This document shows, in pieces, positions 37,458-49,400 of a stretch of 64,000 bases of DNA. Position 1 is the stretch's first letter, and the number at the start of each line of letters is the position of its first letter. Source of the DNA: Amoebophrya sp. A120 (lineage: Eukaryota > Protista > Dinoflagellata); the NCBI GenBank assembly GCA_905178155.1, contig CAJINV010000004.1:10337655-10401654 (forward strand). The letters run 5' to 3'. Both the position numbers and the translations under genes were made by a program. Below the pieces are notes generated by a model. That model ran no database searches. It was not told the origin of the DNA and worked only from the letters and a program-made list of their open reading frames with translations.

Positions 37458-40400
37458 TCAATTTTCGTCGTTTTTCACGTCAAAGGTGAGGTGTCCGAAG
37501 GTCCTCGTGGTGTATTTGGGGACGTCTTTGCCGACCTTCATGCTGAGCTCCTCCTTCTGCCCCGCAATGATGTTGCTTTTGAACGTCGGTCCCCCCTGCT
37601 TCATCGTAGTTTCTAGCTTGTACACGTCCCCGAAGCTGCGGAACGTCACATTGGTCGCCTGTGCGGCCACGGTGAACTTGGCGGAATAGTGCTTGCAGTA
37701 CTTCCGAAAACCGTCCTGGTCGTACGAGATCGCGTAGTTTCCGCTCGGTGCGTACTTCGGCACCGGCTGCAGCCCGGCGTACGGCGTGTTTATCGTGGCC
37801 ATCTATCCTTTGCAAAAGCTGTATCGCACTCGTTCTCGTAGTAATTGGAGTCAACATCAATGACAAATCAATGTCTTTGGGAAGGTAACTCGGCGGGACA
37901 AACTACACCACTTTTGCTTATCGTTATCAATAAATATATAGAAAGTAAAATCCCAAAGGGAAGTTTGAATCGAGCACAGTAGCAGGGCGAACTGAGAGTT
38001 GTCAATAAACTGAAAAAAATCATATATCGTATATGCAATCTTTATTTCATACTGGAAATAGTACTGGTACGATGCTCTTTTGCAATGCATATCATTTCAC
38101 CCGGCACAATCTCGAACGGTCGGCCCAGGCTGGTCTCGTCGCAAGGAACGCACTGCCGGGTCTCCAAGAAGGTGTCCGGATCGTAGCCCGCGGGCGCGAC
38201 GCCGCAGCATTCCGGGCCGTCCTCGAGCAAGCACGTTCGCGTGTTGTCGCCGTTGCGGCACCCCTGGGTGCGGTACAGCGGGATCTTGTCTTCTGAGCAT
38301 TGGTAGGGACACATTCCGCAGCTCCGTGGACAGGTGGCGGTTTCTGTGAAAGAACGGATCTTCTGCATGGCGCGGGTCAGCCCGTTCTTCGTGGTGCCAG
38401 TTTTCCCGTTCGAGACGGTGGGTTGTGGCTTGTTTTTCACTGCGTCCTCTATCACGAGAAAAAAGTGTATACAGTTACACATTTTTTATTGGAGTTTCTG
38501 CATCACAAATTTTCTCTGTGTGGCAGAGAAAACTTGTAATGCGAAGATCATATAGGGAAAACAGGAAGGAAACGAGGCTCCCAAGCATTTCCTGCATGAG
38601 AAAGGTTGTCTGTGTTGCCGGTCTTGCAACACAATGTGCAACTGTAACACTTTTTTCTCATGATATCCTCGTCCTCTTCGTCACTGCCGCCCGCCGTCGG
38701 GTCCTCCTCCGCGAAGGCGGTTTTCCGCGCTTCTAGCACTTCTCGCTGACACGCGTTCACCTTCGCCTGCCCGTCCGCTGCCTGCACCACCGGACTGTTC
38801 GCGGCGTCGCACACGTAGTCCTTCTGACATTCCAATGGTAGTAGATCGAAGCTGAAGCTAGACCGCTGTCCGTCTTCACTGTTCACCACCGAAGATTCGC
38901 TGTCAAACTCCGGCCGAATCTGCACCTGCCCGCTGGCCGCTTGCTCCTGCTCCTTCAGGTACTCTGCCATGGTGCAGTCCTGCTCGAAGGACTTGTCTTG
39001 CTTCGGCATCACTTCGCCCTCGTCGATTTTCTTCTTCCTGGCCTTGCAGTCTCTCCTTCTGTCCAATTCTTCCCGCTCCATCTTCGCCCGCAGCGACGCC
39101 TGCGTCGACCCGTCCGTATCAAATGCAAAAATGTCTGGGTCTCGAAGAATTCAAGATTTGTCATGCATATCTCTCATGACCAATGACGCCTGTAATGCTT
39201 GACCTAGCATCACAGGCTTTTAGACTGCTTCCTGACGTACCTTCCACGTCAGAAATGCCCGGCCCGTGTAGCAAAAAATGTACCCCTCTTGCTGGTCATG
39301 CAATACAAATTTTTTTAGAGTCCAAAAACAGCATGACAAGTTGCAATCTTCCAGACCCAGACAAATTTGCAATCCATAGTCCGCGCAGTCAACCGATTTT
39401 CCCACCCACAGCGGGTCCTCCCACAGGTATCAAATGGAAAAATCCCCCCTCCCCATATCGAAAACGAAATTTGTGATGCTGTATTTGAGTACACAAATCG
39501 ACTTGTAATGCTAGAAGGCCAAGAGCCGCAGTTGTGGCCTCGTTTGCAGGCGATTTGTCATGCTGTTTCCCACTTCCAGTTGTTTCCTGTCATGCTGAAG
39601 ATGCAAGGCTTCCCCACGCAACCCAGCACCACAGTCCGCATCTTTTCCCTTCTAGCATGACGAAGCTGATTTGTGACTGCAAATCTGCATTACAGATCTC
39701 CGTTTTGATATGGGGAGGGGGGATTTTTCACTTTGATAACAGGTTGCAGGACTTCATGATCCCGTTTTTGCAGTTCAGCGTCAAGCAGCCGTCGGGCGAC
39801 GACACCGCGTACTCGTGCCCGGAGGGGCAGCGGCAGAACCCGCCGTACCGGTTCGCCATGGGGTAAAAGGAGAGCAAATGCCCGGGGGGGACGAGATCGC
39901 CGGACACCGGCAACGAGTTCACCCGGTAGTGGTTCAGCAGCATCGGAGAACGCACGCCAATCACCCCGTAAACGCTGTTCGCTGCCTGGGGGAGGTCCTT
40001 GACGCTCTGCGCCGTGGCGTACAGAATGGAAGATCCGCACGTGACGCCCTCCACCACCGTGTTCGCCGCCCGCATCACCTCCGGAATGCGCTTGGGCTTG
40101 TCGTTGTCGCATTCCGTGGTGATGACCCCGTTCACGCAGTTTTCCGTGAAATAAGTCGGCTCGGAACAGTTCTTCAAATCCTGAACCGCACGGATCCAGT
40201 AGGTCTGGCTGTCCGGGCAGGTGCACAGCGCGCCGTAGACCGGGACGAACAGATTCCACGGCGAAGTCTCCAGCTGTCTCCACAAGGGCATCTCTAGCGG
40301 CGCTTTCACAATGACATTGGCCGCCGCCTCCTGTTCCGCGATCACGCGCGCCGCGGCCTCCTTCCATTCCTTCGTGCGCGCCAGCGTCGGTGCTGTTCCA

Positions 40401-43400
40401 ATCGCACCAAGCGGCGTCATCTGGGTCTGGGCAGGAGTTCCGACTTCGTTTTTCGGCGCGTTGATCGGGACCAGAGACGAGGCAATGTCCGCGTCCTGCC
40501 GCATCTGCATGAAGACTGCGGGCAAATTCGCCGGGTCTAACGGCGTGTTGCACGCGGCCGCAACGCCCCGCGCGACCCACGTGGCCACCTGCTTCTGGTG
40601 CTCCATCAGTTTGGTCTGAAACTTGTCAATCGTCCGCAGAAGGTCGCCAACCTTCGTCGTCCCCTTCCCCAGACTTTTTTCTCCAGCAGGGGCTGTGGTC
40701 GGTGTGAAGGGATCCTGTCGTTCAAAGCTGCGTTCATCGCGACCCTGTGTTGTTTGTAGAAGCGAAAACGTCGGCAACGCAGCAACCTTCTTCGATTCGT
40801 CACCTTCCGCAGCGTCAAATTTACGCCGCGCCTCGTCCGTGTCGAAACCGAAAGTTCTAGCTGTAGTGGACATGCTTGAAGGAGCCTCATCTTCTTGCAG
40901 AACAGTTTTCTTGCTTTCAGCCCTTCTCATCAGAGCCGCTTCTTGTTGCTCCTCCTCAGCAGCAACTTTCGCTTTCTTTTCCGCCACTGCAACTTCTCCG
41001 GGCAGCGGGTCCTCGATGTCGCCAAAGGCTTCCAGCGCCGCGCGCGCTAACGCCTGGAAGTTCATGTTTTGCAGTTGCGAGTACTCGTTGGCGGATCCGA
41101 CGCGGCGCGCACAGGCCAGCATCTTTTCCGCGTCGAGGTACACTTGTTTTCGCAGTTTCGCCTGGCTTTCCTCCAACTCCAACGCCGTGCCCTCCATGCT
41201 GGAGAATGCCGATCGGTCGCCCCTGGACATGGGCGGCAGCTCCGTGATATCCTGTGCAGAAGTATCGTACTCGTAGTAATCGCAATCTTCATGCATTAAA
41301 AATTTTCATCCGAAGGTAAAACAGCATGACAAATTCCATTTGTCATGCTTAACAGACTGCGCGACTAAAGCCCGGGGGGGTGCGGGGTCCGAGGGGTGCA
41401 CAATGCACGGCCCGGAACACCCGAACATGCCCCGCGACTGGCACAGGACCAGCAACACAACTATTATCGCCGATCTCAGTTTGTCGATCACGACGTAGCT
41501 GCGAAGCCGTCCATACGCCTGGCGCCCCAAGCCCAAATCAACCCCCGAGGAAAGGCCTCGACCCCAGAGGAACCGATTATGAGCTTACGGCACGACGAGC
41601 TAGAGCGCCTGTTTCTGGGAAGGAAGATACTTGATGCTTCTCTCCACTGCAAAACTGGGACATTCCATTTGTCATGCTGACCGAATTTGTAATGCGATTT
41701 CTACTGGTACGATGCTTTTGCAATGCATACGTGAAGCCCTCACCGACCACGACGCGGAGCTCGAACAGCCTATCAATTGCAAAAATGTCTGGGTCGGGAA
41801 GAATACAAGATTTGTGATGCAGGTTTTCCCTGATCCATGAGGTCTGGAATGCGAGACCCAGCATGACACATTCTTTGAGATCTCTATCATGCCTTTCCTG
41901 CATTAGAAACTTCTCTCAACTTGGTCAAAAGGGGACAGCTTTTGGCACTCACGCAACACAGATTTCTGCAATGTTCGGATTTAGCATGACAAGTTGCAAT
42001 CTTCCAGACCCAGACATTTTTGCAACCCATACAGCCTTTTCCGGAGCAGGCCGAGCACGCGCTGCCGCATTTCGTTCTCTTCGATTTGCTTTCGCGGCAC
42101 CCCGCCGAGCCAGTTCACTTGGCCGGTGAGTTTCGGCACGGCTTCGACGCATTCGAATAGCATCACCGCGATGTCCTGCAGTTCCCGGTTGAAATTGGCC
42201 TCGGTCGGCCAAACGGACGACTTCCGGAGTTGCTGCAACCGCTCGTAGGTCGGGTTTCCGAGATTGTAAGCCCAGTCTTTCAGGGTCCACTTCGTCGTAT
42301 TCGTCCCCCTATGCATTGCAAATATGTCTGGGTCTGGAAGAGTGTAAACCTGTCATGCGCGTTTTCGTTTTCCACGAGATCTGGAATGCGGGACCTAGCA
42401 TGACAGTCAGAGTCTGTGAGGTCTCTATCATGCCTATCCTGCATGAGCAACTCCCTCCCAACTTGGTCGAAAGTGGACAGCTTTTGGCACTCATACCAAT
42501 AATAGCCGCCGAGGCGGAGGTAGTGAGGTCGTGGGCGTTTTTTTGCCGACCGCAGCCTTGGCCGCGGCTTTGCGTTTTACGGGCTCGCCATACCGCCGTG
42601 AGTAACGTTATGCCGCACGGTATGGCGGCCACTTGGGAAACATCGCGAATTTTGGCAAATTCCCGAAATTCCTTTCCGAAAGCCAGCCCCCATGCTATGG
42701 GGCCGATCCGGGTGCCACGGGGGGCGCCCAAAAAGCGAAGGAAAATCGGGCCCATAGCATGCGGATTGGCTTTGCGCGTGCGGGCCGCTTTTTCTTTTTC
42801 GCGTTTTTATTTTTCACGCCGGCGCTTTTTGCAAAGCTTCCCAGGCTCTGAAACCGGCGAAAAGGCGGCCGCTTTCGCGGCCGCCCAAAATGCTCCGAAA
42901 TCGCGGCCGTGCCATGCTGTTTCGCTGTTCTGATTTTGGGCGCGTTTTTTGCGCGCCCCTTTTTGGGCGCCCCAAACCGCCAGAAACCAAGGCGGTGGGC
43001 GCCTCAGAAGGGCGCCCCTTTTGCCGGCTCCCCTGAGTCGTTTTATCCAGTGCGAATCGATAGAATCCGCCCGGGCTATTTTGCCGCAAACGCCCCGGCC
43101 GCTTGATAATTGAAGATTTTTTATGCCCAAAAACACTTCCGGCCGCTTGAAAACTGCCGGTCGTTTTTGAGGGTATATGTCAAAAAAACTCCCTGGTTAG
43201 AACCGTTCGGTGACCTCACTACATACAACACAGATTTTCACATGATTCGGATGTAGCATGACAAGTTGCAATCTTCCAGACCCAGACATTTGTCAATCCA
43301 TATCCCCCGGGCATCCACATGTTCGATTCCTGGTTGTTCCACGCCGGCATCTGCAACTTCGCCAGCGCCGCTGCGGTGGTTGCGGGGGTGGTTGCGTTCG

Positions 43401-46400
43401 TCGCCACCTGGCTCATATTTGAGGTTCCGTTCCCACTCGCGGTTGCGTTCCCAGTCGCTGCAGCGGACGGCTGCCCTTGCGAAAACTGCAAGAAACCCAC
43501 GCCCTGTGGTGATCCTGCGATGCGATAGGGTACCGCGTCTGCATCCGGGTTTCCCTGGAGGTCCTTTTCGGATTCATCTTCTATTTGTTCTTCTTGTTCG
43601 TTTGCTTGATCTTGGCTATATGGCGCCACACCGTCTTCAGGTCTTTCTACTTGCCCCTCTTCCCACTCTTCCCCATCTCCACCATCATAAGCATCTGCAT
43701 CTCCACCTGTTCTTTCCTCTACTGCGCGATTCGCCAATAACGTCGCTCCCCCGCTCGGCGCAGCGGTACTCCACGAGGTCAACGCGTTGCTCATCGCAGC
43801 CACATTCGCCGCCATCAGGTCCGCCGCGCTCGGCGTCGTGGTGGTGGTCGTGCTGGTCGTTTCCGTCTCTTCCGGATCATAGGGTGACCACACTGCTTCT
43901 GTTATCGTGAGAAAAAAGTGTTTCACTGTAAGGATTTTGCCAGTTTTGCATCATAAGTGCGTTACACATGACAAAGGAAACTTGCCATGGGAGGTTCCTA
44001 AGGGAAAACAGACCTGAAAACCCAATGTCTTGCAGGTGTGGCAAGACAAATGCATCTTTGTTCCATCCTATGCATCACAGGTTTACAGTGAAACAGTTTT
44101 TTCTTGCGATATCTGTAGTACTAGAAGTGGTTGTTGTGTTTGACTCGTTCACGTAGGAAGAAGTTATGCATTGCAAAAATGTCTCGGTCTGGCAGATTGC
44201 TGAGGTTTGTGATGCTGTGTCTGCTTGACACAGAAGGTGTGCCATGCAAGGCCTAGCATCGCAGGTTTCGAGACGGTTTTCCAATGCTTAATCCGCATGA
44301 CAAACACCTTCTTTTGGCGACAGGAAAAGGAGCTCCCTTTGCTGTCTAAGCATGACAGATTCTTGTGTGATCCAAGTATGCATCACAAGTTCGCATCCTT
44401 CCAGACCCAGACATTTTTGCATTTGATAGAAATGATGGTCGTGTTATCCGAGGATGTTTCATTCCCCTTATCCAAGAAAAAAACGTTGTTAGTGTAAATT
44501 TGTGATGCGCAACATGCAAATCGATTGCGCCTGTCAAGCTGTGCCTGCATTATAGGTTCCATTACAGGGCGTTTTCACGTACAATCTGAGCATGACAGGT
44601 TTTTGCTGTCATGTGAGAGATATTTGTCATGCTAATCCTCCAAGAAAGTTACACCTACAATCTTTTTTTCTTGGATATCCCTCCCCCGGCTGGTAGTACC
44701 CCGCGGTTTCCACTTTGGTGATGTACGAGATCTGGTTCGCGGCGAGCAGGCTCTGCTTCTGCACGTCTGCCGTCCGCTTTCCCACGAACACGCCGTTGTC
44801 GAGACAAGGGAAGCCGAGCATCATGTTCACGTCGGGAAAGAAACCGAAATCCGCGTTGCCCTCCGCGGCGGACGCGAGAATGGCGTCGTCGGCGAACAAC
44901 GTGCACTTTCCGTGGTCGTACCGTTCCGCAGCTCGCACGTACTTCACGAACCCGCAGTTGGTGAGCCAGGCCTCACTGCCCTCCGCACATCGTTTACTGC
45001 AATCTTCGAAAGAGCCGACGTTGTCAAATTCCGCGATCACCAACCGTGACTCCGGTAATTTCGAGTCCAGCATCACAGTGACGCCGTGGAGTCTCGGACA
45101 GCCGACCGTGCAGGGCAGACCGGACACGGAAAACGTACCACTGTCGTCGTTTTCATCGTCTGTTGAGGCGGTGGTGGCAACTGGTGATGCGCCACTTGAT
45201 GTAGAAGTTGCCGCAGTTGTGATATTCGGCGTCGGGGGGTCCTCGGTGAACTTGTTCAGCAGTTTGCAGGTTCCTTTGAACTTCAAAGGCACTCGGGGTT
45301 GCATTAGCACCGCCTTCCAGTCCGAACTAGGTACTTTTTGCCTTTTCCACGTGAAAGCCACGCAGCCCTTCTGGACGGCGCAAAGCGCGGAACAGGCGTC
45401 GGGGGAGTGGACGAATCGTAGTGTCTTGCCCATGCGCTCCGCCATCTGAAGTTCCATGTAGTCTTTGTTCACCTCAGTAAAGCAGCCGTCGTATTTTCCG
45501 GTACAGGGTAAACCAGCGGTAGTCCCGACAGACGCGACAATTTGCGGCAAGGCGTCGACAATCTTCTCCGCGCGAGCCGACAACAGTGGGTTGCTGGTCT
45601 CCTCCCGACCAAGCTGCAAACGGCAGAGACGGTAGTCGCTACGGGCGGGGGAATCGCCGTAGGTGAACATGCGACAACCGTGGGGGAAACGCTTGCCGCA
45701 GAGGTCCTGAGGAGTGATTTTTGGATCTTGTGCTGCTCTCTTTACATGATACGGGAAGGACTTCCTCCTGTCGCTGCCTATCCAGCTATACATCGCTAGC
45801 ATATCTCAACAAGATTAGACAAGGAAAATCGCAGAAGTTCATCAAAAATCGAGCACCCCCCTGTCCGGGGCTCCCGGGACATATAGTTGATTTGTGTGGG
45901 CCCCAACCATTTCGCATTTCCCCCCTGCGGAGCCCGCCCCGCCATGCGCTGCCGCTGGCATGTGTGTCGTTTTGAGTTCTCACGCCTGCGCATGTACGAG
46001 CCGAAGCGATCCCAGCACTTGCTTAACAGTCTTGCTCCGATTCAAAGACGCGCGTCTATGAGAAAACAGCTCCACAGGGTTCGAAGGTGGTGCGCGTTTA
46101 CAATGAGTCGCATTGTTCCGAAAACGTTGCCGGCCCCCATTTCTTGTCCTGTCGCAGCGCGGAGCCCTTACAGTTTGCCACCTGAATCGCTCGCGCAACC
46201 CGAATAATGTAGAGCAACGCCGCCACATTCACCAGCAGAACCACCCAAAGCGCCAGGGGCAAACCAGCAAGCGCCCAGCCCGTTTCCCCGCCCCGGCCCG
46301 GCTGTCGAAAGCGCCGGGCAAAGGCGTGCCCGAAAGCGCCGCGGCCCTGTCGGAAATCGCCGGCAGGGGCGACCGCGATACCAGTGGCGTGGCCCGATGC

Positions 46401-49400
46401 GGTNNNNNNNNNNNNNNNNNNNNNNNNNNNNNNNNNNNNNNNNNNNNNNNNNNNNNNNNNNNNNNNNNNNNNNNNNNNNNNNNNNNNNNNNNNNNNNNNN
46501 NNNNNNNNNNNNNNNNNNNNNNNNNNNNNNNNNNNNNNNNNNNNNNNNNNNNNNNNNNNNNNNNNNNNNNNNNNNNNNNNNNNNNNNNNNNNNNNNNNNN
46601 NNNNNNNNNNNNNNNNNNNNNNNNNNNNNNNNNNNNNNNNNNNNNNNNNNNNNNNNNNNNNNNNNNNNNNNNNNNNNNNNNNNNNNNNNNNNNNNNNNNN
46701 NNNNNNNNNNNNNNNNNNNNNNNNNNNNNNNNNNNNNNNNNNNNNNNNNNNNNNNNNNNNNNNNNNNNNNNNNNNNNNNNNNNNNNNNNNNNNNNNNNNN
46801 NNNNNNNNNNNNNNNNNNNNNNNNNNNNNNNNNNNNNNNNNNNNNNNNNNNNNNNNNNNNNNNNNNNNNNNNNNNNNNNNNNNNNNNNNNNNNNNNNNNN
46901 NNNNNNNNNNNNNNNNNNNNNNNNNNNNNNNNNNNNNNNNNNNNNNNNNNNNNNNNNNNNNNNNNNNNNNNNNNNNNNNNNNNNNNNNNNNNNNNNNNNN
47001 NNNNNNNNNNNNNNNNNNNNNNNNNNNNNNNNNNNNNNNNNNNNNNNNNNNNNNNNNNNNNNNNNNNNNNNNNNNNNNNNNNNNNNNNNNNNACCGCATC
47101 GGGCCACGCCACTGGTATCGCGGTCGCCCCTGCCGGCGATTTCCGACAGGGCCGCGGCGCTTTCGGGCACGCCTTTGCCCGGCGCTTTCGACAGCCGGGC
47201 CGGGGCGGGGAAACGGGCTGGGCGCTTGCTGGTTTGCCCCTGGCGCTTTGGGTGGTTCTGCTGGTGAATGTGGCGGCGTTGCTCTACATTATTCGGGTTG
47301 CGCGAGCGATTCAGGTGGCAAACTGTAAGGGCTCCGCGCTGCGACAGGACAAGAAATGGGGGCCGGCAACGTTTTCGGAACAATGCGACTCATTGTAAAC
47401 GCGCACCACCTTCGAACCCTGTGGAGCTGTTTTCTCATAGACGCGCGTCTTTGAATCGGAGCAAGACTGTTAAGCAAGTGCTGGGATCGCTTCGGCTCGT
47501 ACATGCGCAGGCGTGAGAACCCAAAACGACACACATGCCAGCGGCAGCGCATGGCGGGGCGGGCTCCGCAGGGGGGAAATGCGAAATGGTTGGGGCCCAC
47601 ACAAATCAACTATATGTCCCGGGAGCCCCGGACAGGGGGGTGCTCGATTTTTGATGAACTTCTGCGATTTTCCTTGTCTAACAAGATCAGTGACCAATTT
47701 ATCAACGAGCAACGAGTTTCGGTCGCGAAGGAACAAAATAGACCATCGAGTATTTAATACCATGCATGCCACCAGCGACGGCACCCGGACGGTCGTTGCC
47801 GTCGACACCCCAAGGAACGCCGCTTCCGGAAACAGATCACAGCCCCCCTGCGTGCTGCTCGGGTTGCCGCAGGCGTTCGTCTTCGGGTCGGTGCACGGGC
47901 CTTGGCACTGCAGAGACAAGGACTCCGGTTCCTTGCCCGGTTCCGCGCCGCACTTTTCCACCGTCGCACTGTCGGCTTCGTCCCCGGTGGTGCACAGGTC
48001 GACCGTGCCCCGCCGAACCATCACGGCTTCCTCCGTTGGGGTGAGCGGTCGCTCGTCGTTCCGCAACGCCTTCGTCAGCCGGTAGGTTTGTTTCTGGTAG
48101 CAAGCGGACTGGATGTCCGGGGTCGGGATGTTTTCCAATTTCTCCGCGGAAAAGAAACTGCATGTCATCTCCGCGGCGTTCAACGTAATCAAATTCCAGC
48201 CCCCCACCCGCCAATTCGACGCTTTCATAGACTGCAGTTGCGTCCACACTTGCCGGTCCGAATCCGAAACGGAGACGGTGATGGGGAGATCTGGGAGTTC
48301 CGACGGAGACCCGAGCGGAAACACGGTTTCGTTCATCAAATTTGCCTTTGCCTTCGCCATATGGATTGCAAAAGTGTCTGGGTCTGGAAGAGTCGTGCTG
48401 TTTTTGCATGACGCAGAAGGTCTGGCGTGGAAGCTCTAGCACCACAGGTTTCGAGAAGCTTCCGCAATGCCGAATCCGCATCACAAATCCCCCATTTTGG
48501 TTACAGAAAGTGCGCACTGCAACTTGAACTTTTGCTGCCTATGCATGAGAGATTTTTCTGTGTTCTGAAATGCGCATCACAAGTTTGTATTCTTCCAGAC
48601 CCAGACATGTTTGCAATCCATACGCCATGTCGTCCTCCCGCGCGTTCCCGTTTTTGTCCACCTTCGCCGGGCGGCACCAGGTCGGCCTCTGGAACATCTG
48701 GATTTGCGTCGTGTTCGGCGGCGCGGGGAACTCAATGAAGAGGTCCGGCACGATCGTGGTGTCCTCGTCATCGTTGTCACCGTTATCCGTTGTCACATCT
48801 GGCGAAATCAAGCACTTCGTCTTTTCCGATCCGTCGTTGCAATTTTCCGGATTTTCGATGCTTGACCCGGTAATTTCTACTGGTACAATGTTCGTTAAAA
48901 CCTTCTCGGGCCCTTCCGTGACTAGTGTCACGTCCCCGATTTCCCAGCAGTCGGTCAAGTTGTTCTGCGTCACGTACCTGCGTTGCGACAAGGACATGCC
49001 CACTCTGATCCGCATTTGGTCCCGTGGCGTGGCCACGGAGGTGAACCCGCTGCACTTCTCCCCCATACTATCGCAGAGCTTCTGACACTCCGCAACCGTG
49101 CCGCGGATGTCCGCCATGTCCATGATGACCGGCGGTTGGTCGGGCACCACTTCGATCATTTCCCGCTCTTCGAACGTGGCTTCCGCTTCGTATCAAAAGG
49201 GAAAATCCCCCCTCCTCATATCAAAACGAAACTTCTGATGCCAGATTGGCGTACACAAATTAGCTTTGTATTGCAGGCAGGCACTGTGGCCAGATCGTCC
49301 CCAGGCTGGGTAGGGGCCTATGGGTCTAGTTGTTCAGCATTGCAAACGGCTCCCCTTTGGGCCCAACAGCATGACAAATCGCTTCCCCAATGGGGCGGAA

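Noticed and set aside
46098-47398. Six 314-384 aa ORFs
   Set aside because: Artefacts of translating the N gap.
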